Below are positions 9,709 to 19,451 of a DNA stretch of 64,000 nt, piece after piece (position 1 is the stretch's first letter; each line of letters opens with the position of its first letter). The translations under genes and the position numbers were made by a program. The stretch is taken from assembly GCA_963932905.1 (NCBI GenBank), contig CAWVRN010000007.1, positions 32,001 to 96,000 of the forward strand, read 5' to 3'. A model generated the notes under the pieces. That model made no database searches. It was not told the origin of the DNA and worked only from the letters and a program-made list of their open reading frames with translations. The DNA is from an uncultured Bdellovibrio sp. Lineage in GTDB: Bacteria > Bdellovibrionota > Bdellovibrionia > Bdellovibrionales > Bdellovibrionaceae.

Positions 9709-11274
9709 CTACCTGGCCATATCAATCGAACGAGTTTCGCGTACAACTGTGACTTTAGTTGAACCCAAATGAGGCAGCTCGCGCTCTACCTTACGGGCGA
9801 TATCACGTGATAATAGAACCGCCAAGTCATCTGTTACTTTTGCACTTTCAACTAGAACGCGAATTTCACGGCCAGCCTGAATTGCAAATGTTTTAAGAAC
9901 ACCTTCAAAACTATTACCGATCGATTCAAGATCTTGTAGACGGTGAATGTAATTATCCATTTGCGGTCGACGGGCACCGGGACGGGAATGCGACAATATA
10001 TTGGCTGCATGAATGATCCAAGCTAGCACTGAGTTTGGTTTTTCATCATCATGATGAGAACGAATCGCATGACATACATCTTCGGATTCACCATATTTTT
10101 TAGCCCACTCAGCCCCAACGATAGAATGGCTGCCTTCAACTGCATGATCGATCGCTTTACCAATATCGTGCAGAAGACCCGCACGCTTCGCTAATTTAGG
10201 ATTTACGCCTAATTCAGATGCCAGCAACCCAGCTATGTAGGCCACTTCCATCGAATGATTCAATACATTCTGTGCTTGCGACATTCTGTATTTCAACGAA
10301 CCTACCAACTTTACCAATTCCGGATGAACTTGGTTTAAACCTAATTCAACCACCACTTGATCACCCGCCTCACGGATAGATTTCATAATTTCAGCTTTTT
10401 GTTTTTCAACGACTTCTTCGATACGAGCCGGATGCACGCGGCCATCTTCCATTAATTTTTCGATCGTGCGTTTTGCGATCTCACGACGAATTGGATCAAA
10501 GCCCGAAATAACGACAGCTTCCGGTGTATCATCCACGATTAAATCAACACCGCAAAGTGCTTCCAACGTGCGGATGTTACGACCTTCACGACCGATGATT
10601 TTACCTTTCATTTCGTCATTCTGAAGGGCTAGCACGCTAACCGTTCTTTCCGAAGTGTACTCGGCTGCGAATCGCGACAAGGCTGTTGCAATTGTTTTCT
10701 TTGCACGCAACTGTGATTCGCGTTGAGTTTCTTGTTCGATCTCAGAAATACGTTTAGCCGCTTCTGCTTTCGCTTCTTCTTCTAACGAAGAAATCAATTC
10801 CCGCTTAGCCTGCTCCTGTGTCATCTGTGCCACTGTTTGCAATTTATTTTTTAGATTATTTAGTTCTTCTTCCGATTTCTTGTCTTGATCGGCCAGTTTC
10901 TGTTCCTGAACTTTTAGTTTCTCTTCGCGGTCTTTTAATTGACCCATAAAACGATCATTGTCGTCTTTGCTTTTGCGACTTTGATCATCCAGTTCTTTTA
11001 ATTTTTTTTCCAGCTGCTGCTCTTTTGTGCGCATACCATTTTTTTGCTTTTGAATTTCAGCTTCTAGATTTTTGCGTGAACGAGCTTCAAAATCTTTAGA
11101 CTTTGCTTCTGAGTCTTTCTTGATTTTGTTTGCTTCATTTTTTGCTTTACTTAGAATTTTCTCAGCTTCAATACGCGCTGATTTTTTCTGAATTTCATCT
11201 TTGTATTTTTTTACAAAGAAAACGGCGGCACCGCCCACGATCAATCCGATGATGACCGAAATCACTATTTCCAT
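9709..11274 (-). CDS. rny: Ribonuclease Y
   Basis: N-terminal TM helix, coiled coil, KH motif KGKIIGREGRNIR, HD domain GLLHDIGK. Confidence 0.97.
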   Translation of the reverse strand: MEIVISVIIGLIVGGAAVFFVKKYKDEIQKKSARIEAEKILSKAKNEANKIKKDSEAKSKDFEARSRKNLEAEIQKQKNGMRTKEQQLEKKLKELDDQSRKSKDDNDRFMGQLKDREEKLKVQEQKLADQDKKSEEELNNLKNKLQTVAQMTQEQAKRELISSLEEEAKAEAAKRISEIEQETQRESQLRAKKTIATALSRFAAEYTSERTVSVLALQNDEMKGKIIGREGRNIRTLEALCGVDLIVDDTPEAVVISGFDPIRREIAKRTIEKLMEDGRVHPARIEEVVEKQKAEIMKSIREAGDQVVVELGLNQVHPELVKLVGSLKYRMSQAQNVLNHSMEVAYIAGLLASELGVNPKLAKRAGLLHDIGKAIDHAVEGSHSIVGAEWAKKYGESEDVCHAIRSHHDDEKPNSVLAWIIHAANILSHSRPGARRPQMDNYIHRLQDLESIGNSFEGVLKTFAIQAGREIRVLVESAKVTDDLAVLLSRDIARKVERELPHLGSTKVTVVRETRSIDMAR

Positions 11275-11290
11275 TTCAACCCTCTATTTC

Positions 11291-11974
11291 CTAAACACTT
11301 AGTTTCCGCACATCAATGCACTTAGTTTCAGTGATAATATAATCCATTTTGATGTCCCAACTGTCTGTAGGAAGCGAAGCTTCACTTAACTGACAATCAA
11401 AACAAACTCCAACTTTTAAACCTTTAAAATTTTTCAAATAACGATCGTAGAACCCTTTACCACGACCAACACGTTCCCCACTCAAACTAAATCCAAGCCC
11501 AGGGATCAACATAAGCTGAATATCAGATGCCGGAACGACTTCGACAGACGATGGATGTGAAAATCCCAACGAAGACACGACCCATTTTTCAGCCGCGTAA
11601 TTAGCTACAGACGTAAATTCCATAACCCCATCAACAGCCGTCAGTTTAGGGAACACAAGAGAACACGACGTAGAATGATAAAACGAAGCCAGATCCACTT
11701 CGTCGGAAAGGGCATTAAACCCAGCCACACAAACCGCAGCCGCCCCTGACAAAGGAGCCATCTCAGAAATCGTCAAATTAGAAATTAAATTCTGAAGAGC
11801 CAAAACAATACGCTCTTGAGCCGCCGCCCGAAGGGTCGGCACCTGAACAAAAACCCGAGCCCGCTCTTTAAGCTCTTTACGAACCGAAGCCTTAGTAGAA
11901 AGAGAAACACCAGATATCAAAGAAACCCCAAAAGAAAGTTGTTCCCAAGAAAAGGGCGGCCGAAGGCACGCCAA
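11291..11974 (-). CDS. 5-formyltetrahydrofolate cyclo-ligase (true start probably downstream of 11974)
   Basis: LIPGLGFSLSGERVGRGKGFYDRYL and WDIKMDYIITE; zapA-fau-rny synteny. Confidence 0.92.
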   Translation of the reverse strand: MACLRPPFSWEQLSFGVSLISGVSLSTKASVRKELKERARVFVQVPTLRAAAQERIVLALQNLISNLTISEMAPLSGAAAVCVAGFNALSDEVDLASFYHSTSCSLVFPKLTAVDGVMEFTSVANYAAEKWVVSSLGFSHPSSVEVVPASDIQLMLIPGLGFSLSGERVGRGKGFYDRYLKNFKGLKVGVCFDCQLSEASLPTDSWDIKMDYIITETKCIDVRKLSV

Positions 11975-11983
11975 AACATCCTA

Positions 11984-12108
11984 TGAAAGTTCTAAAGGCG
12001 GCATATGCAAGGCGGACAATGCGAAAAAGCGCGAAGGCGTGGCAGCGCCACGTCGGAGCGATTTTTCGTGTTGTCCAACGCTGTCAGATGACGGCTTTAG
12101 GACTTTCA
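11984..12108 (+). repeat. ~125-bp imperfect palindromic element (REP/YPAL-like) in the canonical 6S RNA position
   Basis: Stems TGAAAGTTCTAAAG/CTTTAGGACTTTCA, GACAATGCGAAAAA/TTTTTCGTGTTGTC and GGCGTGGC-AGC-GCCACGTC; related to 20800..20920. Confidence 0.7.
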
Positions 12109-12110
12109 CA

Positions 12111-12458
12111 CTACTTCTTGGAGTTTTCGATATCTACGGAGAGCTTCAAGACGCGTTCTTCTATTTTTTCTAGTTCGCGGTGTGCCTTACGTTTCAATAA
12201 AATCAATTCTTCGGCTAAATTAAGCGCAGTTAGAACAGCTGCGTTTTGATAAGAACCATGTTTTGTTAATGCCAGAGATTCTTCCATCTTTTTATTGATA
12301 AAGGCGACCAACTCTTGAACTGTTGCGTCATCATGATTGGTTTTAAGACGATAAGGGATGCCAGCAATCAAAAATTCATAGGCCCGCGCCTCGACAGGCC
12401 GCGCCTCTTTAGAGCTCCCTTTAGATCCTTTAACCAAATCATTTTCAGAGTGAATCAT
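12111..12458 (-). CDS. zapA: Cell division protein ZapA
   Basis: IAGIPYRLK...LVAFINKKM...AVLTALNLAEEL pattern; synteny with fau and rny. Confidence 0.9.
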   Translation of the reverse strand: MIHSENDLVKGSKGSSKEARPVEARAYEFLIAGIPYRLKTNHDDATVQELVAFINKKMEESLALTKHGSYQNAAVLTALNLAEELILLKRKAHRELEKIEERVLKLSVDIENSKK

Positions 12459-12528
12459 TATTCAACCTTCTTAGATATTCGAAAACTTAGAAATAATTAT
12501 ATATTCTAAATGTTTAATGTCCATCAAT

Positions 12529-13125
12529 TTATCGTTTCAAGCACAAACAAAGAACGCCTTGGTCCTTCTTGTTTTCACACTTCAGCTGAACCTTGCCACC
12601 ACCGTGGTTAAGATCGAGTTCCTCAACGGAATCATTGCTAGTTTTGTAGGACATTTCAGTTTTGTTTGGCTTCGTGTCAAGCCACAACGACTCATCCTCA
12701 AGGATCTTCACATCCAAAAGGTACTTTTGCGGAACTTCCTTAACTGGATTTTTAAATTTGTCCTTCGTGATAGGAACGATCTCGGCAACGTCATCCTTAT
12801 CTAACTTTTCCAAATAATAATCATATTGTGGTGTACCCTTAACCCACTTTTGCAAACTGATCGTCAAACGATATGATTCTGGACCTAGCTTCGCGTCTGT
12901 GTACAAAACGCGGCGGTAACGCAAAACAGATTTTACCGTCGGATGTTTTTGATCGATATCTTTTTTCAAAATATTCAAATCAACTTTGAATTCCATCTTT
13001 TCATTTTCAAGCTCGGAATAGCATTGAACAATATTTTGATAAGAAATAGATGGCAGTTTTTTACTCTTTGACTGAGCGAACACACTCGCAGATAAAGATA
13101 AAAATAGAAAACTCCACATGATCAT
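12529..13125 (-). CDS. Secreted hypothetical protein
   Basis: Signal peptide ending VFA; C-terminal Cys cluster. Confidence 0.7.
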   Translation of the reverse strand: MIMWSFLFLSLSASVFAQSKSKKLPSISYQNIVQCYSELENEKMEFKVDLNILKKDIDQKHPTVKSVLRYRRVLYTDAKLGPESYRLTISLQKWVKGTPQYDYYLEKLDKDDVAEIVPITKDKFKNPVKEVPQKYLLDVKILEDESLWLDTKPNKTEMSYKTSNDSVEELDLNHGGGKVQLKCENKKDQGVLCLCLKR

Positions 13126-13173
13126 CTACCCATACTGGCAGCAACGTAAAGACCTTGTCCACAAAATTATGAA

Positions 13174-13190
13174 TGTATCATTTTGATACA
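13174..13190. promoter_or_regulatory. Perfect palindrome TGTATCA-TTT-TGATACA
   Basis: Lies between divergent genes, 8 bp upstream of a -24 GG. Confidence 0.6.
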
Positions 13191-13197
13191 AAGCCGG

Positions 13198-13213
13198 TGG
13201 TCCTATCGTTGCT
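13198..13213 (+). promoter_or_regulatory. Putative sigma54 promoter for 13227..14525
   Basis: TGGTCCTATCGTTGCT = GG-N10-GC with TTGC at -12. Confidence 0.55.
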
Positions 13214-13226
13214 CTGAAAGTTAAAT

Positions 13227-14525
13227 ATGAGAAATCTAATCTTTGTTTTATATTTTATTGGTGTTTACCAAGCCTCTGCGGAAATGAACAACCAAGACAT
13301 AAACATGTGTCGACATTTTTACGCCTCTTCTAAACTTCGCTTCCCTGTTTTTAAAATTTTTGATTCTAAACTCTACGGTGAAGTGGCTAATCAAGAACAC
13401 TTTATCACTCTAAAAGAAAAGGCCGACAAAATCGCTAATGGTGAGTTGAACTATTCTAGAAGTGAGAATTGGATGATCAGGCATGCCTATTTGATGACCG
13501 AACAAATTAGACTGTTCAAATTTTTAGCTCAAGGGAATCTTCAAAATATAGATCAAAATACAGTCTGGCGCTTTCATGCCTCCTATTCACGAATTATGGA
13601 AGCCATACCTTACCTTATCAAACAGAAGAGAAGCTTCGCCGAAATTCACTATAAACAGTTTTTTAAAATTCTAGACGATTACCGCGCCGCCATTGCGGAA
13701 ACGAATATATTTTCTAAATTTGAAGGACTAGGTTTCACTTTAGTTCCTAGAGCTAACGAGACTATTAAAGATTCTTTGTCAGCCAACGACAGAGATAAAA
13801 TTGATCTGCTAAGATTATACGTCGCTACGATCAGAATCGATAACTCACTCATGGCAGACTCCAGCATAGTAGAAAAGGCATTCTATTTTGCCGTAAGCGG
13901 TTTTAAAAAAAGCACACTATTGCCTTCGTTTTTTACTGAATTAAATTCCTTTCTTGAACACTTACATGAAGAGTATACACTTGGTCGAACAAATGTGACT
14001 AAGGTCACTCAACTTCTTGAAGATATCGACACACTCATAAAATCCGGTGACTTTCAAAAGGTTTACAAATTAAAGAAAAGCACATCTGCAATACACCAAC
14101 AAATTGCTAAATTCTATCGACTTAAAGTTCAGTTTGAAAATGCTGTCACCTATACAAAAAAATCATTTTTAGAGGCCGTTCCATCAGAAAAAGACAGCGT
14201 ATATAAACCGATCACGAATGAACTGATCGCTGACTACAACAAAGAATTTGAAGCAGGAATGCGCACACCTTCATTCTTATACAAAACAGGTGCGTCAATC
14301 AAAAAACTAGAAAAACAACTAAAAGAAAACCCAGCATTCGAGGATCCCGAAACTAACGTGGCAAACCTAAATGCGTTGCTTGCCAGATACAATTTATTAT
14401 TAAATCATTATCCAAAAAACTTTTTTACTGGATTTTTCAGTCCCTATCGCAAAGAAGAAATCAAACAGGTCATCGAAAGCCGAAAGAGTGTTGAATCGAT
14501 CCGCAGTCTACTAAAAGACAAATAA
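13227..14525 (+). CDS. Secreted helical hypothetical protein
   Basis: Signal peptide ending ASA, followed by MCRHFY; no family recognised. Confidence 0.7.
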   Translation: MRNLIFVLYFIGVYQASAEMNNQDINMCRHFYASSKLRFPVFKIFDSKLYGEVANQEHFITLKEKADKIANGELNYSRSENWMIRHAYLMTEQIRLFKFLAQGNLQNIDQNTVWRFHASYSRIMEAIPYLIKQKRSFAEIHYKQFFKILDDYRAAIAETNIFSKFEGLGFTLVPRANETIKDSLSANDRDKIDLLRLYVATIRIDNSLMADSSIVEKAFYFAVSGFKKSTLLPSFFTELNSFLEHLHEEYTLGRTNVTKVTQLLEDIDTLIKSGDFQKVYKLKKSTSAIHQQIAKFYRLKVQFENAVTYTKKSFLEAVPSEKDSVYKPITNELIADYNKEFEAGMRTPSFLYKTGASIKKLEKQLKENPAFEDPETNVANLNALLARYNLLLNHYPKNFFTGFFSPYRKEEIKQVIESRKSVESIRSLLKDK

Positions 14526-14526
14526 T

Positions 14527-15114
14527 TTATTTACATTCAGATAGGTCCCAGCACTGGGACCCTTGTTGATCTAGAACTTTGCAAAGTTGGCCTACGCCAT
14601 TGCTATGCACCCTAAAGTAACTGGTTTGATCAGCCACTTGCTTACGTGAACCATCCGCATCGGTGATAAAATATCGGCAGGTGTAGGTCCACTCATATTT
14701 TTGATCTGTGTGATCGATTTTATCTTCGCATTCAGGACTTAATGTTTTATCAATTTTATCGCCTTCAATAAATTCGCGACCCATTTTAAAATTCAATGCC
14801 TTTTCATCGGATTTGATTTCAAGCAGAGGTTGCTCTGTTAAGTCAGCCATGATTTTTGTTTTAGAAATTTTTGAAACTGCGTACCACACGCTATCTTTAG
14901 TATCACAAACAAATTGCCCAGGTAGCTTAATCGCCGGTTTTTCTTTAACTTCCTGAGTCTGCGCAGATGGTGCCGTATCCTTAGAGGCTGTCGACGTTTC
15001 TTTCTTTGTATCTTTCGGCGGCGTATGGGTTGAAATCGTTGCCGTTTCCGGTCGACCACCACAGGCCCCAATTACTAATGATAGCATCAGAACAATAAAT
15101 ATCTGCTTCATCAT
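14527..15114 (-). CDS. Hypothetical lipoprotein
   Basis: Lipobox IGAC, low-complexity linker, 6-Cys domain. Confidence 0.75.
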   Translation of the reverse strand: MMKQIFIVLMLSLVIGACGGRPETATISTHTPPKDTKKETSTASKDTAPSAQTQEVKEKPAIKLPGQFVCDTKDSVWYAVSKISKTKIMADLTEQPLLEIKSDEKALNFKMGREFIEGDKIDKTLSPECEDKIDHTDQKYEWTYTCRYFITDADGSRKQVADQTSYFRVHSNGVGQLCKVLDQQGSQCWDLSECK

Positions 15115-15120
15115 GTCCCC

Positions 15121-17583
15121 TTAGTTTACTGCCGCCGCTTTGATCGCCACTGTTTTAGCACTTTGATCACCGCGTACTTTATATGACCCCGGAAATACTA
15201 ACACTGTCCCGCTGCCGGCCATTGGCGCTACTAACAAGCGACGCTTGTGGTTGATCTTAACACGATCTCCTGGTTTAGATAACCAAGATTGAGTGTATTC
15301 TCCATCTGAATACCTATCGGCTAACGATGCGGCACCAAAAACAAACAATCCATATAAACCTTCTGGTGATTTCGCGCCGTTATACACTTTGCAAACATCA
15401 GCAGCTTCTTCTGTCAAGCTGGCACCCTTAACCATACACAAACTATAATCAATGCGTTCGTTCATCACCTTCATGCCTAAAGACGAAATATAATAGTCAC
15501 CAAAATCATACTGAGAAAACTTCAAAGGCGATTTGGCAAAATAAAAATTTTCCATCAGAATACGCTTTTGTTCGATACCGGCATTCAAATCGTGGAACAC
15601 CCGGACTCGAGGTTCGCCAGCAAGTACATCGGGTATGTTCAATTCAGACATTTTAACTAATTTGCTTGCACGTGACGCTAACGAAATTACGTCTGCATAG
15701 ATTTGATTCTCAAAAATTGCGATATAGTCGCCGGAATCAATCGTATAGTTGACGTTGAAATCCAACGCATATTTCAGTTCACACGAATTGCGTTTGTTCT
15801 TAATGCACTTATATAACTTTACGATTTTAGAAACATGGTTACCATTCACCATTCCCAAAAATCCAATCACCGATTTGTTTTCAGGAATGGCTTGCAACGC
15901 ATCGGCAACTTCGGGTGGCCTTAAATTGTCGGTATCTTCCGTCAATGCGGAATCTTTGGATTTTAAAATTCCCGAAAGTCTAAGGTCAGAACCATAAACG
16001 TCATCAGCAAATCTCATGACGCCGTCCCCAGTGATATCCGTTGTGATGAACGTCGCATATACAGGCAGTGTTTTCTTAACTTTAATTCGAGTCGGTTGTG
16101 GATCATTCGCTGAGTTCAAACCTGCATTTATGATTTTGTTTATACCGTCCATATCGTACGCAGGTTGGTCACGCAGCAGGTACTCGGCTAAAACAAATGG
16201 CTTTTCTAAACGGATGCAGCCACTACTTAACAATCGCTGATCTTTAGAAAACAAATTTCTTTCGTTGGTGTCATGTAAATAAATTGCCCATGGATTCGTT
16301 AAGGGAAATTTAACTAATCCCAATGCATTTTCATTTCCAGAACCTTGAACGATTCGATAGTTGAAGTTATTCTTCGTTACTGCGCTCCAGTCCACTGACT
16401 CTGGGTCAACAACCGCGCCAGAACTACCATCATATAGAGTCATATTGTGATCAGATAGGTATCCTGGGTCCTGTTTTAGTTTCGGCAATTTGTCTTTTAC
16501 AGCGATACTATACGGAACAGACCACGTAGGGTTAAGCTCAACAACAGTTACCAAATCCTTCATCGTTGGCGTACGGCGAAATTTCTGTCCGTTGATAGTT
16601 TTCATCTCAATTTTCAATTGACCGTTTTCAAATAATTTAAACTCTTGAAATGCAAGATTGACGAAAATGTGGTTGGGTTCAAATTCGTCTGATAACATTC
16701 TTGCTTTTTCCATCGCTAAGAATATTTTTTCTTTCCGAAAATCTGCACTGTAACCCAAGGTTTTAACCAAATTAGCCGTGATGCCCCTTTCGCCAGTTTT
16801 GTAATACTTGTGGAACAGAGCTACGTGCTTGCTCAGGTCGTCGTCATAAATATTATCTAGAACTCCGATTTTAAATCCATAGTTGGACATTTGGATTTTA
16901 AGGTCTTTGATAAACGGATGTTCACCACCTAAAATTAATTTTTCTTTAGGCAAACTCAATGTTTTCCACGTCTCGTCCGCTTCAGCTTGTAGAACATGTG
17001 CTAATGCTGCTTTCAAAGATTTGTAGATTCTGTTTTTAGGTTCCATTTTTTGCAAAGCCGGTCGAACATCGGATGCGTCTGAAAGTGACAGCATAGTCGA
17101 GGCAAGTTCATCCCAACGATTAAATGTTTTTCTTGGCAATTTCGTATCATCATCTAAAACATAGAAATCAGCCAAACGTCCCATGTAGAGATATTTAGAC
17201 ATTTGAATCCATTTATCTGTCAGAAGAATTTCGATCCAAAATAATGTTGATGCTTTTTTTTCAGTACCTAATAACAACTGATCTAATTGAGGATCAATAA
17301 AATCAGCGGCAGCAAATCCAAACTCATTTGGATTCTTTAAAACTTCGATAAATCCAAGGGCCGCGCTAGAGAGAGCTTTGTCCTCGATCCAGATGGGTTT
17401 GTATTGATTCTTTTCATAAACCAGTTTAACGGAGTCAGCTTGAATCAAATATTTACCTAATTTTTGCAGAGATTTATCTTGAGCCGCCCATTGCTTGATG
17501 GACTCGGAAACAGTCTGCGCGTGCAGAGTCCCCATAAATAAAAACCCAAAGATTATCACCAGTCTAAACATTCGACACCCCAT
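15121..17583 (-). CDS. L,D-transpeptidase (YcbB/LdtD type) with long C-terminal extension
   Basis: Scaffold domain, PG-binding-like region, LNPTWSVP, NALGLVKF and IYLHDT...SSGCIR catalytic motif; about 280 extra C-terminal residues. Confidence 0.92.
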   Translation of the reverse strand: MGCRMFRLVIIFGFLFMGTLHAQTVSESIKQWAAQDKSLQKLGKYLIQADSVKLVYEKNQYKPIWIEDKALSSAALGFIEVLKNPNEFGFAAADFIDPQLDQLLLGTEKKASTLFWIEILLTDKWIQMSKYLYMGRLADFYVLDDDTKLPRKTFNRWDELASTMLSLSDASDVRPALQKMEPKNRIYKSLKAALAHVLQAEADETWKTLSLPKEKLILGGEHPFIKDLKIQMSNYGFKIGVLDNIYDDDLSKHVALFHKYYKTGERGITANLVKTLGYSADFRKEKIFLAMEKARMLSDEFEPNHIFVNLAFQEFKLFENGQLKIEMKTINGQKFRRTPTMKDLVTVVELNPTWSVPYSIAVKDKLPKLKQDPGYLSDHNMTLYDGSSGAVVDPESVDWSAVTKNNFNYRIVQGSGNENALGLVKFPLTNPWAIYLHDTNERNLFSKDQRLLSSGCIRLEKPFVLAEYLLRDQPAYDMDGINKIINAGLNSANDPQPTRIKVKKTLPVYATFITTDITGDGVMRFADDVYGSDLRLSGILKSKDSALTEDTDNLRPPEVADALQAIPENKSVIGFLGMVNGNHVSKIVKLYKCIKNKRNSCELKYALDFNVNYTIDSGDYIAIFENQIYADVISLASRASKLVKMSELNIPDVLAGEPRVRVFHDLNAGIEQKRILMENFYFAKSPLKFSQYDFGDYYISSLGMKVMNERIDYSLCMVKGASLTEEAADVCKVYNGAKSPEGLYGLFVFGAASLADRYSDGEYTQSWLSKPGDRVKINHKRRLLVAPMAGSGTVLVFPGSYKVRGDQSAKTVAIKAAAVN

Positions 17584-17712
17584 TTACGTAAAGGGCATAT
17601 CAATTCCTATACCAGCAATATCGAGCTAATCATTTGAATTTGAACGAGTTTCCAATGTGTTACTAAGCAACACATAGGTATAATTTTCACGATTGATTTT
17701 ATAATCTAGATT

Positions 17713-19296
17713 TTAACGAGACGTACCCAGTGTCGAAGTCCCGTAGCTAGGCAAACCACCTAATCCACCGTTGATGCCGTAGTTATAATTGCTGCCGTAG
17801 TAACTTGAACCACTTTGCACTTGTTGAATCCTTTGAATCAATCCAGATAGTTCAGTTTGCAAACCAGACATGGCTTGAGTTTTTTGGATCGCATTTTGAT
17901 AATATTGCATTTGTTGCTGCATTGATAACTGCTGTTGCTGCAACTGATACTGCAGTATTTGCGTATTGTTTCCACCAAGTCCTGACAAACCGTTTAGACC
18001 GTTTAGACCGCTTAATCCTGTTAACGAGTACGGTGACGTACCACCCATCATCGACAAACCGCCCATGTTCATTCCAGAATTCATATTTAATCCACCCATC
18101 ATCGACAGGGCATTCAGCGGTGACGATTGTGCCCATTGAGGCATTCCAAACGCGCCTCCAATTTGTCCACTCATTTGACCGCCAAGCCCACCCATCATCA
18201 TGGCGTTGAGACCGCCGCCCATCATTGAAGAATTCATTCCACCAGACATCATTGACTGACCGCCCATCATGGCGCTTAAGCCTCCGCCCATCATGCCAGA
18301 CATACCACCACCGGATTGGCCCGAACAGCCAAAGCTGCCTTGACCCATCCCAACGTTGATTGCCCCAAGAAGATAGGGAGCGGCCGCCATAAAAGGAGAA
18401 CTTGCGGGCATAGGTGTGGGGAACCCCAAGTCAGCATTTTTGTCGGCCATCTCCCCATAGAAATTTTTGGTTGATGAATACGCCATCAGAGCCATCAAGG
18501 AATTAGTCACAACACCCGTTAGGTTGCCGTCAACATTTTGATTTCCTCGCTGACCACCACGACTACTACCACCACCGCCAGCTAAGCATTCGTAACAAAT
18601 GCCGCCTTCAGTTCTATCGGCAGGATCAACGATATCTGATGGATCTACTTTTTGTTTACGTGCTTCCGCCAATGCGGCTTTGGTTTCGGTGATAGATTGT
18701 TTTAATCCTTCGAGTTCTTTTACTAAACGATCAACGTTAGATTTTGCACGTGGGTATTTCACTACAGAATCTTTGCAGGTCGCAAGGTCGGGTCTGCTTA
18801 AGAGATTTTTTTTCGCGCAAATATCTGTTTTGATTTTGCCGCGAGGGTTATTTTCCATATCACACACACTAGCCCACGCGTTGGCCAATTCTTTAGGTTC
18901 GATTTCTGTGATAGATGATTCTTCATCTGGTTTTTTATTTTTGTTATCACCAAAGCCGATGTAGTCTTGGCAACGTATTCTAGAATCCATGTGACTTTTC
19001 AAAAACGAAAACACGTCCGTATCGAATGTCATCTTCATACCCATTTCTGATTTACGAAGTTCTATTTTTGATTGTTGCAGTTCTTTACTTTTCTCTTTGC
19101 GTTGCTGTTCAAGATCTTTGATCTGTTGTTTCAGATCAACCACTTCGTCCGATTCGCTTTGAGCTTGCATGCCCATTTGTTGTTGGTAACCACAACCTTG
19201 TTGCCCACCCATCATTTGACCGGATCCCCAATAGTTCATTTGGGCCATCAGCAGTCCAGGCAAAAGCAATAGGGATAATGTCAGTGAAGTTTTCAT
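17713..19296 (-). CDS. Secreted coiled-coil protein with Gly/Met/Gln-rich low-complexity regions
   Basis: Start re-called at MKTSLTL (AAGGAG SD); signal peptide; coiled coils flank a Cys domain; MMGG repeats and a poly-Q tract. Confidence 0.75.
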   Translation of the reverse strand: MKTSLTLSLLLLPGLLMAQMNYWGSGQMMGGQQGCGYQQQMGMQAQSESDEVVDLKQQIKDLEQQRKEKSKELQQSKIELRKSEMGMKMTFDTDVFSFLKSHMDSRIRCQDYIGFGDNKNKKPDEESSITEIEPKELANAWASVCDMENNPRGKIKTDICAKKNLLSRPDLATCKDSVVKYPRAKSNVDRLVKELEGLKQSITETKAALAEARKQKVDPSDIVDPADRTEGGICYECLAGGGGSSRGGQRGNQNVDGNLTGVVTNSLMALMAYSSTKNFYGEMADKNADLGFPTPMPASSPFMAAAPYLLGAINVGMGQGSFGCSGQSGGGMSGMMGGGLSAMMGGQSMMSGGMNSSMMGGGLNAMMMGGLGGQMSGQIGGAFGMPQWAQSSPLNALSMMGGLNMNSGMNMGGLSMMGGTSPYSLTGLSGLNGLNGLSGLGGNNTQILQYQLQQQQLSMQQQMQYYQNAIQKTQAMSGLQTELSGLIQRIQQVQSGSSYYGSNYNYGINGGLGGLPSYGTSTLGTSR

Positions 19297-19372
19297 ATGG
19301 ACTCCTTGGCCCGTTGTTGGCCAAAGAATATAGGGGAATAATTGAAAGACTGTGGAAGAGGTCCTGTACGGG

Positions 19373-19389
19373 TGTCTCAATATGAAATA
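19373..19389. promoter_or_regulatory. TGTCTCA-N3-TGAGACA-type palindrome (degenerate)
   Basis: TGTCTCAataTGAAATA, about 77 bp upstream of the 19296 start. Confidence 0.45.
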
Positions 19390-19451
19390 CGCAGCGAAAC
19401 TAGTCCATAGTTACGCTGGGATAGAGACCCGAAAAAAAGAAAATAATGAAA

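Noticed and set aside
11983..12249. 88-aa + strand ORF
   Set aside because: Runs through the palindrome and antisense to zapA; shadow ORF.
17805..19324. Alternative-frame ORFs inside the Gly/Met-rich gene
   Set aside because: Explained by low-complexity codons and antisense shadowing.
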